DNA from: Methanomassiliicoccales archaeon
GTDB taxonomy: Archaea > Thermoplasmatota > Thermoplasmata > Methanomassiliicoccales > UBA472
Reading direction: 5' to 3'
Length of the DNA: 64,000 nucleotides
Assembly: GCA_035506675.1 (NCBI GenBank)
Contig: DATJOX010000030.1
Coordinates: forward strand, 14,796 to 78,795
Below, one piece after another: positions 37,090-46,155 of the stretch (position 1 is its first letter; every line of letters starts with the position of its first letter). A program made the position numbers and the translations under genes. The notes under the pieces were generated by a model. The model searched no databases. It saw only the letters and a list, made by a program, of their open reading frames with translations, and was not told the DNA's origin.

Positions 37090-38712
37090 ATGCTGCGACC
37101 CTTGAGAATTCTGCTGGTAGATGACGAAGCGGCCATCCTGGAAATAACTGAGGAGTTCCTCGAAATCTCCATGGTCGCGGACGTCGACACGGCCTCATCA
37201 GCAACGGAAGGTTTGGCGAAGCTGGAGCTCGGCTCCTACGATGCCGTCGTGTCCGACTATCAAATGCCCGGCGAGGACGGCATCGCGTTCCTGAAGAAGC
37301 TCAGATCAAGGGGCATAGAAATCCCGTTCATTCTGTTCACCGGCAAGGGTCGGGAAGAGGTCGTCATCGAGGCGCTGAACTCCGGGGCGGATTTCTACCT
37401 GCAGAAGGGGGGGCAGCCAGAGGCTCAATTCGCAGAACTCGAGAACCAGATCATTACAGCAGTGGAGCGTCGCCGGGCAGAGGAAGCGATCATCGCAATG
37501 AACTCCAAGCTCTCTGCGGCGGTGAATCTGACCCGGGTTGCATTCTGGTCGTTCGGATTCGCGGATATGACCATCCATACGGATGATTGGCAATGGGCCA
37601 CAGTCAGCACCGATGGCACGGCTGATGATGGAACTGAAATGAAACTCGCTGATTATCTTCAGCAATTCGTTCACCCAGATGACGTAGGGAGGGTGTCCCA
37701 ATTCTTCGAAGCTATCTCTGCAAATCATAGCGTGCACGAGGTTGGGAGGATCCAATACCGAGAATTCGTGGGCTCAGGGGCCTACCGATGGGTTGAAGTG
37801 ACGCTCCAGGTCGTCAATGACGCCGTTGGCAACGCGGGCACTGGCTTCGGAGCCATCCAGGACATTACTGAGCACAAAGAGGCAGAGAGGACGTTGAGGG
37901 AGAGCGAGGAGAAGTTCTCGAAGGCGTTTCACAACGAGGCCATTGCCATGGCACTCGTACGTCTAGACAATGGCACTGTCATCGATGCAAATCAACGCTT
38001 CGCTTCGCTAAACGGCTACAGCAGAGACGACATGATAGGAAGGTCTCTGCGAGAACTCATCAAGCTGGTTGAGCCCACCATCCTAGACGAGCTCGCTCAG
38101 GGTCTGAGGGACGAAAGCCAGGTTGTCAGGAAGGAGCTCAAGGTGAGGCGACGGGGCGGGGAATTGTGGACGGCGTTGGCCTCTGCGCAAGTGTTGAGAC
38201 TCGAAGCGGAGGATGTCGTCATCCTCTCGGTTGAGGACATAAGCGAGCGCAGATCAATGGAGTTGCTAGTGGAGACCGAGAAGCGCAAGATGAGGGCGGG
38301 AATGGACCTTGCCCGCTTGGCATCCTGGGAATATGATGCGCTGACTGGCTATTTTACTTTCGATGACAGCTTCTATTCATTCCTGAAGACAAGCTCCGAA
38401 AAGGAGTGTGGGCAGCATATGTCGTGGGATCGGTACCTTCATGAGTTCGTTCATCCAGACGACCGTGAAACCGTCATGAAGACAGTAAGGGCGAACATAG
38501 AATCGGATTTCCCAGGCGACTTCGCCCAGTTCGTGCACAGGATTGTTCGGAAAGATGGAGAGACGAGGACCGTCATGGTCAGGATAACTCCGATAAGAGA
38601 CTCCGACAGGAAGGTCCTGAAGACATTCGGAGTGAATCAAGACATTACCGAACAGATACCGTTCGGGGAATGGAAGAGCCCGGGATCGAATGAGGAACCT
38701 AGGAAGAGTTGA
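37090..38712 (+). CDS. response regulator receiver domain fused to multiple PAS domains
   Basis: RILLVDDE...DAVVSDYQMPG..G receiver, followed by PAS-like repeats (ITEHKEAERTLRESEEKF, DISERRSME). No kinase or HTH output domain was seen. The ORF opens at 37000. Confidence 0.75.
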   Translation: MLRPLRILLVDDEAAILEITEEFLEISMVADVDTASSATEGLAKLELGSYDAVVSDYQMPGEDGIAFLKKLRSRGIEIPFILFTGKGREEVVIEALNSGADFYLQKGGQPEAQFAELENQIITAVERRRAEEAIIAMNSKLSAAVNLTRVAFWSFGFADMTIHTDDWQWATVSTDGTADDGTEMKLADYLQQFVHPDDVGRVSQFFEAISANHSVHEVGRIQYREFVGSGAYRWVEVTLQVVNDAVGNAGTGFGAIQDITEHKEAERTLRESEEKFSKAFHNEAIAMALVRLDNGTVIDANQRFASLNGYSRDDMIGRSLRELIKLVEPTILDELAQGLRDESQVVRKELKVRRRGGELWTALASAQVLRLEAEDVVILSVEDISERRSMELLVETEKRKMRAGMDLARLASWEYDALTGYFTFDDSFYSFLKTSSEKECGQHMSWDRYLHEFVHPDDRETVMKTVRANIESDFPGDFAQFVHRIVRKDGETRTVMVRITPIRDSDRKVLKTFGVNQDITEQIPFGEWKSPGSNEEPRKS

Positions 38713-38734
38713 GAGAGATCTTTTGCGTTAGGGT

Positions 38735-40108
38735 GTGGAAGAGATGAGCGCCGAAGAATCGATTTCGATTGATGAGCGGGTTAGGAAGCTGAAGAACAGA
38801 CCTTACAAGGGGGGTCCTGTGGTGTACTGGATGAGCCGGGACCAGAGGGCTCACGACAATTGGACCCTACTCTACTCTATTCAAATGGCAAACAAAGAGG
38901 ATGTCCCTCATTGTGTTGTTTTCTGCCTGGCACCGGAGTATGGCGAGGCCGGCGTTAGACAATGTGGCTTCATGTTGAAGGGATTGAGCGAGCTAGAAAC
39001 TGAACTTGTCAGCCACGGGATCGAGTTTGTGGTCTTGGAGGGGTATCCAGAAATCGTCCTTCCCTCGTTCCTTCACTCAGTCGGCGCCGGGCTCCTGGTA
39101 ACGGATTTCAATCCTTTGAGAATCGAGCGAGAGTGGAGGAGCAAATTGGCTTCAGAGATATCGATCCCGTTCGACGAAGTGGATGCGCACAACGTCGTTC
39201 CATGCTGGCTCGCCTCCAAGCACAGAATCTTGACACACGAGAGCTTCTTGCTGAATAGCATCCCGTACATCGATTTCCTCAATGATTTCCCTCCCCTGGA
39301 AGCCCCGAGGAAGGGATGGCCGAAGCCTCACGAGTCCATTGAATGGGAAGGATTGAGGCAGCGGCTGAAAGCGGACATGTCGGTCAAGGAAGTCGATTGG
39401 ATTGTCCCAGGGGAGAAGGCTGCCTCGAAGTCACTACAGGAGTTCATAGAGACCCGCCTAGCTCAATATGCTGAGCACTCTGATGACCCAACGACTCCAG
39501 CCCAGTCGGACCTTTCACCCTACATCCACTTCGGCCAGATTTCTTCACAGAGAGCTGCCCTAGAGGTCGTGAAGAGCGGCGCATCCATTGATTCGAAAGC
39601 GTCATTCTTGCGTTCCATCATCATCAAGAAAGAACACTCGGACAACTTTGTGTTCCACACCCCGCAGTATGATACCATAGGGGCGTTCCCCAAATGGGCC
39701 AAGGACTCTATCGACGCTCATAGGTCTGACGATCGAGAGCACCTGTACACAAGGGACCAATTGGAGAGCGCCCAGACTCATGATCAATTATGGAATGCCT
39801 CACAAATCGAACTTCTGAAGGCTGGCAAGATCCACGGCTCCATGCGTGCATATTGGGCGCACATGATCATGAATTGGATGAAGAGTCCAGAGGAGGCCTT
39901 TGCCACAGCCATATACCTGAATAACCGATATTCGCTGGATGGACGGGATCCAAACGTCTACACCGGGATATCAAGTGTCATGGGAGGTCTTTTCGACAAA
40001 CCCACCCTCACCAAGGAGGTTTACGGCAAGGTTCGAAACATGACCTATACTGACGCCAGGCTAAGATACGATATAAAAGCGTACGAAGAGAGGGTGAAGA
40101 CTCTATGA
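38735..40108 (+). CDS. phr: deoxyribodipyrimidine photolyase, class II
   Basis: GGPVVYWMSRDQRAHDNW is the class II signature N-terminus, with a FAD-binding C-terminal half (GKIHGSMRAYW). The start is GTG 38735 or ATG 38744. Confidence 0.85.
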   Translation: MEEMSAEESISIDERVRKLKNRPYKGGPVVYWMSRDQRAHDNWTLLYSIQMANKEDVPHCVVFCLAPEYGEAGVRQCGFMLKGLSELETELVSHGIEFVVLEGYPEIVLPSFLHSVGAGLLVTDFNPLRIEREWRSKLASEISIPFDEVDAHNVVPCWLASKHRILTHESFLLNSIPYIDFLNDFPPLEAPRKGWPKPHESIEWEGLRQRLKADMSVKEVDWIVPGEKAASKSLQEFIETRLAQYAEHSDDPTTPAQSDLSPYIHFGQISSQRAALEVVKSGASIDSKASFLRSIIIKKEHSDNFVFHTPQYDTIGAFPKWAKDSIDAHRSDDREHLYTRDQLESAQTHDQLWNASQIELLKAGKIHGSMRAYWAHMIMNWMKSPEEAFATAIYLNNRYSLDGRDPNVYTGISSVMGGLFDKPTLTKEVYGKVRNMTYTDARLRYDIKAYEERVKTL

Positions 40109-40371
40109 GAATCGAACAGCCAGATTCCGCACAGACACCTAGGGATAATCAACAGAACTCAGCAATAAAGTGCCCCAGATGCGGAATGGAAACGGAACAG
40201 GGCATCTTCACTTGCGGCAGAGATATTGCATCATCGGCGTTTTGGACATCGCAGAATGAACTCCACAATCTGTTCCCAAGGTCAGAGAAAGTCGTCGAAA
40301 AGCCGGTGGGGGTAATCCACTTTTATGGGTATCGATGCCCCACATGCAGAGTCCTTGTTCTTGACTACTAG
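40105..40371 (+). CDS. small zinc-ribbon protein
   Basis: 88 aa with CPRCG...C and CPTC pairs. It overlaps the photolyase stop by 4 nt (ATGA). Confidence 0.5.
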   Translation: MRIEQPDSAQTPRDNQQNSAIKCPRCGMETEQGIFTCGRDIASSAFWTSQNELHNLFPRSEKVVEKPVGVIHFYGYRCPTCRVLVLDY

Positions 40372-40605
40372 GGCCTAGCACAGATTGTGGCAGTCGGGGC
40401 ATGCCCTCTCTTGCCCCAATCACCTACGATTCGGGCAGATTCATTGATCTCTGACCTGCATGCAGACCTTCAGATCTTCCAGGAAGGTGCTCGTTGCCCT
40501 GTGATATCCCTCATCATAAGAGGCAATCCAGAAGCTGCGAATTCTCCCGTTCATCATTCAGATTGATGAGACTTCATCCGAAAAATCATCCTATTCGCGG
40601 CTCTG

Positions 40606-41049
40606 TCAAATCAACGAGTTCCTGGCTTTTGAGGTGTACCAGTAGACGACCACCAAGATTAGGATAATTGCCCCGAGCATCGTCGTGAATTCGATCATGA
40701 CCAGAGTGCTGGTCTCGTCAAGAACACCTGAGACAATAAACCCGACCATGATAGCGAATCCGACGACAATCTCGACTATCGCGTCAACTATCTCCGGAGC
40801 CGCCAAATCCTGGATCTTCCTTTTTTCTTCTTTGCTCAATTGCTTTCTTCTGAAGTGCCGTCTCGTCAGAAGGGCTGTTGCTATCACTTTGCCGGTGCCA
40901 AGGACGATTGCCACCAATGCTGCGAACAGTATTGTCTGACCGATTAGATCCCAGGTGATTTCCAATTCGACCACCCTCCGGATGGGAAAGGATTGACTTA
41001 TTGATGATGAGGCGAATTCTCTATTCGGCGGGCATTCAGGAAGTCCCAA
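40606..41049 (-). CDS. hypothetical membrane protein
   Basis: 147 aa with three hydrophobic helices. The start is uncertain. Confidence 0.45.
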   Translation of the reverse strand: MGLPECPPNREFASSSISQSFPIRRVVELEITWDLIGQTILFAALVAIVLGTGKVIATALLTRRHFRRKQLSKEEKRKIQDLAAPEIVDAIVEIVVGFAIMVGFIVSGVLDETSTLVMIEFTTMLGAIILILVVVYWYTSKARNSLI

Positions 41050-41071
41050 TTGCTCGGAATCAACGTTCTTC

Positions 41072-41410
41072 TCAGGAGTGCTCGATCTTGAATCTTGAGA
41101 TTCCGCCGGTCAGAGAGGCAAGGTCAACGTTCAGTTCCACCATGTAAGCGACGTTCTTCACAAATCTGGTTGGTATGGTGACCAGCTCGCCTCCCTGCGG
41201 CTTCTCTATGTTTAGCTTCACCAGTGCATCCTTGTCCCCTTCGACCACTAGGGAGGGGATCGTCCAGGTCTTCGGGTCAATCAGAATCCCCCTTACCAAG
41301 CCTATCAACTTCCCATCGCTCGTGACTGCTTCCTTTGCTTCCACGCGTCCCCAGTACACCAAGCCCAAATCTTCCGTTCTCACCACACCCGATTGGATCG
41401 CCTTGGTCAT
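41072..41410 (-). CDS. PRC-barrel domain protein
   Basis: 112 aa. GKLIGLVRGILIDPKTWTIPSLVVE is a typical PRC-barrel core. Confidence 0.65.
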   Translation of the reverse strand: MTKAIQSGVVRTEDLGLVYWGRVEAKEAVTSDGKLIGLVRGILIDPKTWTIPSLVVEGDKDALVKLNIEKPQGGELVTIPTRFVKNVAYMVELNVDLASLTGGISRFKIEHS

Positions 41411-41711
41411 GTGAGATAGACTAGCATCAACCGACCGATAGTCTTTTTGTTGAGAGGGGTTCGAGCCTGCTTCTGCTCCGTGTCGAAAGGCGGATGTGGG
41501 CGTGACTGCGCCGATGTGGACGTCCCGCGATTCCCACGCACTTTCCTTAAGTAGACGCTGACCTGGCTCGGCACGGTCCCCACGGCCCCGGTGGCAGGGG
41601 CTAGCGACTTCCGTCGCCCTCCCTCATAGGCGGGGGTTTGGCACAGCCTATTTCCACGAGGCTCCTGGCCGTTGGCACCACGGCAACTAATAAGCTCCAA
41701 CGGTCCGAATC
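41411..41711. ncRNA. candidate structured RNA (identity and strand unresolved)
   Basis: A 300-nt divergent intergenic region that is GC-rich rather than AT-rich. It has several short GC hairpins (41585-41601, 41604-41617, 41645-41663, 41668-41684), and the only ORF across it is not protein-like. Confidence 0.2.
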
Positions 41712-42407
41712 TTGTCTGAGGTCGTCGAAATGAGAGTCACCTATCTGGGGCACTCCGCGTTCCAGGTCGAGACCCACGGCAAGAGCATCCTGATCGATCC
41801 ATACTTGGAGGGAAATCCCAAGGCCGCAGCGGATCCGAAGAAGATCGATGCGCACCTGATTCTGGTCACCCACGCCCACGGAGACCATCTTGGAGATGCG
41901 ATCACTATCTCGAAGAGGACCGGCGCCCCGGTCATGGCTGTCTACGAGGTCGCGAATTATTGCGAGCAGCAGGGAGCTAGGACGATCGACGGGCACATTG
42001 GGGGCGTGAACAAGCTCCCGTTCTGCGAGGTGAAGTACTTCCCTGCGTTCCATGGATCGACGACCAACGACGGCGTTAGCCTGGGAATGCCATGCTCCTA
42101 CGTCCTCACGGTCGAAGGCAAGCACATTTTCCACGCCGGCGACACCTCGCTCTTTGGCGACATGTCCCTCATCGGGGACGAGTTCGCGCTGGACATGGCG
42201 TTGCTTCCTATCGGGGGTCACTACACCATGGGGATCGACGATGCCGTCAGGGCGCAGCGCCGGTTGAGGGCCAAGGTCGTCGTGCCGATGCATTACTCCA
42301 CTTGGGAATCGATCAACGCCGACCCGCAGGAGTTCGAAGCCAAGATCGCCAGCCAGGGAATCGGGCGGTGCCAGGTGCTTCGGCCGGGAGAGCGATTCGA
42401 GCTCTGA
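41712..42407 (+). CDS. metal-dependent hydrolase, metallo-beta-lactamase fold (UPF0173-like)
   Basis: MRVTYLGHSAF...ILIDP....VTHAHGDH is the family signature. An ATG at 41730 is also possible. Confidence 0.8.
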   Translation: MSEVVEMRVTYLGHSAFQVETHGKSILIDPYLEGNPKAAADPKKIDAHLILVTHAHGDHLGDAITISKRTGAPVMAVYEVANYCEQQGARTIDGHIGGVNKLPFCEVKYFPAFHGSTTNDGVSLGMPCSYVLTVEGKHIFHAGDTSLFGDMSLIGDEFALDMALLPIGGHYTMGIDDAVRAQRRLRAKVVVPMHYSTWESINADPQEFEAKIASQGIGRCQVLRPGERFEL

Positions 42408-42487
42408 GCCTTCGTCAGGCAACACTGCGTTCGTGTGGCAATCGCAAGGGTGAAGTACGCTCCGTTCTCTAATCAAAGAACGATAGC

Positions 42488-42634
42488 ATGGCAGAGGAAA
42501 AGAAGGGCAAGGCGGAGGAAACCGCGGAGAAGACCGGAGAGGTCGTTGGGAAGGGAGTGAAGAAGGGCTGGGGCGTCGTGAAGGGCGTGGGGAAGGGAGT
42601 GAAGGAAGGGGTCAAGGGAGATGAGGAGAAGTAG
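42488..42634 (+). CDS. small Lys/Gly-rich repeat protein (48 aa)
   Basis: MAEEKKGKAEETAEKTGEVVGKGVKKGWGVVKGVGKGVKEGVKGDEEK. It is below the ORF-track cutoff, and the antisense 112-aa ORF is its low-complexity mirror. Confidence 0.3.
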   Translation: MAEEKKGKAEETAEKTGEVVGKGVKKGWGVVKGVGKGVKEGVKGDEEK

Positions 42635-42721
42635 ACCTCCTCACCAAACAAATCAACTCGATTCGGATTCCAGACGTGCCTGGTCGCAAAACTATAAGCG
42701 GATGGTAGCGGCTGCCGCCTC

Positions 42722-43825
42722 GTGACCGAGCAAGACCGTTCAGGTCCGACTAGATTCGTGGTTTTGGGAGGATATCTGGGGGCGGGAAAGACCAGGCTCG
42801 CGACCACCCTTGCACGCTATCTGAAAGAAACCCATGGCAAGTCGGTCGCGATCATCACCAACGATCAAGGTAACGTGCTCGTCGACACGGAATACGTGAG
42901 GAACGCCGGCTTCGACGTGCGCGAGATCCTCGGCGGTTGCTTCTGCTCCAACCTTCCCGAGTTCGTGAAGAACGCCCGCAGCCTCGTCCAAATGGGGCGG
43001 CCGGACGTGATAATCGCGGAGCCGATCGGGACCTCAACGAACATTCTCGCCTCCGTTCTCGTGCCGTTGCGCACGATGCATCCGGGCGAATTCGACGTCG
43101 CCCCGCTGATGGTAGTCGTGGACGGGACGAGCGCAAAGAAGCTCCTGGACAAGTCGGCCGTCTTCGGCCCTAACAGCAGGAAGCTCATACCCGTCCAACA
43201 GGCGCACGACGCCGAACTGATCCTTGTCTCCAAGGCCGACCTAATGTCTCATTCAGGCGTCGAAGAAGTGATTCGTGTCATCAACAACGAGGTGCCATCG
43301 GCGGAGATCATCCCGTACTCATCGGTTACGCTGGAGAACATCGACAAGATTGCGACGGCGGTGCTTTCGTCAAGGTCAAGCACCAAGGTCCCCATGGCAG
43401 TAGACAACCGCTTCTTCGCGATGGAGAAGGCGTCAATGGGATGGTTCAACGCGAGCGCTGGCATAGCGACGGCGGGCAAACTCGATCTTTACGCGTACAT
43501 CACTGAGATCCTAAGAGGTGTCGCCGCCCGCTTCGGCACCGAGGCAGTGGCCCACGTCAAGGTCATGGTCGAATCCGAGAAGGTGGCCGTCAAGATGAGC
43601 CTAGTGCAGGATTCGCTGCAGACCGACGGCATCAAGGGCGGCAGGTTCATTGAGGGCGAGGGGAGGATCGTCATGAACGCCCGCATCTCGGCGACTCCCG
43701 AAGAGCTCGAGAGATCAATTCTTGAAGTACTGCAAACATCATCGGCATCGGCAGGAATCAAACTGGTCGATGTTAAGCACTCGAGCCTGAAGCCCCACGG
43801 AGAGACGCCATCATTTCTGAAATGA
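42722..43825 (+). CDS. G3E-family P-loop GTPase (CobW/COG0523-like), paralogue 1
   Basis: GGYLGAGKT P-loop, ITNDQG, and GGCFCSN in place of the CxCC motif. The region IIAEPIGTS follows. Confidence 0.7.
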   Translation: MTEQDRSGPTRFVVLGGYLGAGKTRLATTLARYLKETHGKSVAIITNDQGNVLVDTEYVRNAGFDVREILGGCFCSNLPEFVKNARSLVQMGRPDVIIAEPIGTSTNILASVLVPLRTMHPGEFDVAPLMVVVDGTSAKKLLDKSAVFGPNSRKLIPVQQAHDAELILVSKADLMSHSGVEEVIRVINNEVPSAEIIPYSSVTLENIDKIATAVLSSRSSTKVPMAVDNRFFAMEKASMGWFNASAGIATAGKLDLYAYITEILRGVAARFGTEAVAHVKVMVESEKVAVKMSLVQDSLQTDGIKGGRFIEGEGRIVMNARISATPEELERSILEVLQTSSASAGIKLVDVKHSSLKPHGETPSFLK

Positions 43826-43916
43826 TAAGCGCCTGGCTTGCGCCTACTGGATGATTGGAAGGAGAAAACAAGGATGATGCTTAGAGTCAGGGCGGGTCGT
43901 TGGTTGGCGATTCGCT

Positions 43917-44630
43917 TCAAGACTTCCCATACACCGGCACGAGGTCGCCGCTCATGGTCCTCGATCCGTCCGATATCAGGAACATGATCACTTTCGCCAC
44001 GTCCTCGGTCTTCGTCCACTTGGTCGCGTCCGCCTCAGGCATGTTGGTGCGGTTCTCTTGCGTGTCCATCGTGCTCGGCACGATCGCGTTCACGCGGATG
44101 TTCGTCTTCTTGACCTCATCCGCGATTGTCTGTGTCAGGACCGCGACGCCAGCCTTGGAAACTGCGTAAGCGCCCGACTTGGTGCGGCTCTTGTTCTCGA
44201 TGCCCGGCCGCGCTGAGACGTTCAGGATGATCCCTTCGTTCCTGGACAACATGGAGGGAAGGACGCTGCGGCAGCAGAGGAAGGCGGTCTTGAGGTTGGT
44301 CTGGAGCATGAAGTCCCATTCCTCCTCCGTGGTCGCGTGGACCTCCTTTCCACCGACGTAGAGCCCGGTCAAGTTGAGCAGGGCGTCGATCTTGCCCTCC
44401 CTCGCGATCACCGCGTCCACCATGCTCTGCACTTCGGTCGCGGAGGTGAGGTCGACGGGCACGCAAGTAACGCTTCTGCCGAGCGCACCGATCGACGTCA
44501 TCATCTCGTCCTTCGCTTTTTCGTTCCGGTAGGGAACGGTCACCTTCGCGCCCGCGGACGCTAGCTCCCGTACCATCACCCGTCCGAGCGCTCCAGTACC
44601 ACCGCTGACGATGACCGACAAGTCGTTCAT
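43917..44630 (-). CDS. short-chain dehydrogenase/reductase (SDR)
   Basis: VSGGTGALG cofactor motif and YAVSKAG catalytic YxxxK. The ORF opens at 44825, and the ATG at 44630 gives 237 aa. Confidence 0.8.
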   Translation of the reverse strand: MNDLSVIVSGGTGALGRVMVRELASAGAKVTVPYRNEKAKDEMMTSIGALGRSVTCVPVDLTSATEVQSMVDAVIAREGKIDALLNLTGLYVGGKEVHATTEEEWDFMLQTNLKTAFLCCRSVLPSMLSRNEGIILNVSARPGIENKSRTKSGAYAVSKAGVAVLTQTIADEVKKTNIRVNAIVPSTMDTQENRTNMPEADATKWTKTEDVAKVIMFLISDGSRTMSGDLVPVYGKS

Positions 44631-44739
44631 TCTCGCTCCGCCTCGATTCCCGCTTCTGAGGGCGGAGTATATGGACTGTTCGACAACTTCCCGGTCGAAA
44701 ACCACTTCCTCTTTATTGCCGAAGCGCGATTTCGGAGCG

Positions 44740-44931
44740 ATGCCAGCCGGAACCGTTCCAAAGGTCAGGTGCCTGTGGCGCGCCGACGACGGCCGATGTG
44801 CGAGCTGCAAAGCCCGTCGCATCAAGAACGACGTCCTGCACCAGAGCGACTACGAGATGTGCGTGGTCGAGAGGGACTACCCCAGCTGTGAGTTCTACAA
44901 GGAAAGGCCGACGGTGATGGACAAGCGCTGA
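44740..44931 (+). CDS. small Cys-rich hypothetical protein
   Basis: MPAGTVPKVRCLWRADDGRCASCKARRIKNDVLHQSDYEMCVVERDYPSCEFYKERP. The start is uncertain (ORF from 44611). Confidence 0.3.
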   Translation: MPAGTVPKVRCLWRADDGRCASCKARRIKNDVLHQSDYEMCVVERDYPSCEFYKERPTVMDKR

Positions 44932-44947
44932 AGGCTGGCGGAGAAAG

Positions 44948-45496
44948 ATGACACGGGAAGAGATCGAGGAGTTGGATCGGCTTCTGGCTAGCACAGACCG
45001 TGCGCAAAGGGAGCAGGCGCTCCGAAACCTCGAGACGCGACTGCGCGCAGATGAGGGCGACGCCTCTTCGCTCAAGCCCCTGGGCGATCTCCTGGGCGAT
45101 GGTGACCCGGCGATCCGCAGACTTGCATCCTGGCTGATCGGCAAGTCAGCGCAGAACAAGATCGCGGGGAGGTATCCCGTCGAGCAGCTAGCAGGCCGGC
45201 TCTCCGACACCGACGACGAGGTGCGCGAGAACTCCGCCTGGGCGTTCGGGGAGATGGCCGGCGTCGGGATCGGGGACAAGGTCCTCGCGTCGAGCCTTTC
45301 AAATCTATTCAGCGACGACGCGGCTCTGGTGAGGGGCATGGCGGCATGGGCGGTGGGCCGTTACGCAGAGAAGCTGGGAATCTCCATGCCGCACATCGTG
45401 GAGGCCCTCAAAGGTTTGCGATCCGACGAGAGTCCCATGGTCGCCAGCAGCGCAAAGTGGGCGCTGGACCAGATCCGGCTGATCGGCAAGGTGTGA
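44948..45496 (+). CDS. HEAT-repeat (PBS-lyase-type) protein
   Basis: Repeated D..VR..AAWALG-like units (DGDPAIRRLASWLIGK, DTDDEVRENSAWAFGE, DDAALVRGMAAWAVGR, DESPMVASSAKWALDQ). Confidence 0.75.
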   Translation: MTREEIEELDRLLASTDRAQREQALRNLETRLRADEGDASSLKPLGDLLGDGDPAIRRLASWLIGKSAQNKIAGRYPVEQLAGRLSDTDDEVRENSAWAFGEMAGVGIGDKVLASSLSNLFSDDAALVRGMAAWAVGRYAEKLGISMPHIVEALKGLRSDESPMVASSAKWALDQIRLIGKV

Positions 45497-45607
45497 CAAG
45501 AACCGTCATGGTCATTTCTCGGTCACATCTGCTCAATCTCCCCAAGTACAGTGACCACCGGTTGACATCTCCGTCGAAGGGGAAGACCTTCGAAGGAGAG
45601 ATGAAAC

Positions 45608-46063
45608 ATGGAAGGAAATGAGTGCGATAAGAAGGAATGGAGGGACTTCAAGGCGATGCGAGGCGCCGCCTGGAGGATCGGCGCATCCATCCTAACGGTG
45701 ACGACCTGGCTTTCAATCGGCATACTCTGGCTGTTCTTCAAGGCTGATGACTACAGCTTCTGGGAGAATCTAGGGCTGCTGATCATGAGCGTGCTCGTCC
45801 TGGCAGCTACCAACTTCGCCATCTGGGTGGGCTTCGGGATGAGGTACGTCCCGAGCAGGATGAGGGGTCGGTCGGCGGCCAGGACGACGGCGAAGGCGGT
45901 CGCGGCGATCGCTTGGGTGTCGGTGTTGGCCTACTACCTCTACACCTACGCGGGGAGCTTCACCATCTACCAGAACCTGGCGATCTTCCTGTTGATGATC
46001 GCGAGCGGGGGTGGAGTGAGCGCGGTGCTGAACATCGGCGCGAAGGACCCTGTCGAAGCGTGA
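45608..46063 (+). CDS. hypothetical membrane protein
   Basis: 151 aa with four hydrophobic helices. Confidence 0.55.
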   Translation: MEGNECDKKEWRDFKAMRGAAWRIGASILTVTTWLSIGILWLFFKADDYSFWENLGLLIMSVLVLAATNFAIWVGFGMRYVPSRMRGRSAARTTAKAVAAIAWVSVLAYYLYTYAGSFTIYQNLAIFLLMIASGGGVSAVLNIGAKDPVEA

Positions 46064-46073
46064 GACCTCTCAA

Positions 46074-46102
46074 TGGAGCCATTGGCTCCTCCTCTCTTTT
46101 TT
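46074..46102 (+). terminator. hairpin plus T-run terminator
   Basis: GGAGCC-ATT-GGCTCC (46074-46088) is followed by TTTTTTT (46096-46102), 11 nt after the stop codon of the membrane protein gene. Confidence 0.5.
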
Positions 46103-46155
46103 TGCGTCTTCCGCAACATTTCTCAATCAGTCTGTCAAATATGTGAGTTCAGAAT

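Noticed and set aside
41456-41467. tRNA T-arm-like GGGGTTCGAGCC
   Set aside because: The 3' side of the stem (CTGCT) does not pair, and no acceptor or anticodon arm can be built around it. It is not a tRNA.
41411-41711. Assignment of the GC-rich intergenic region as SRP (7S) RNA or RNase P RNA
   Set aside because: Only short resemblances were found (CCAGGUCAG, a GGAA-capped hairpin, AGGAAAGUG). I could not find the long helix 5 pairing, the GGAAGGGAGCA-type helix 8 motif, or the RNase P P4 partners. It is kept only as an unidentified candidate RNA.
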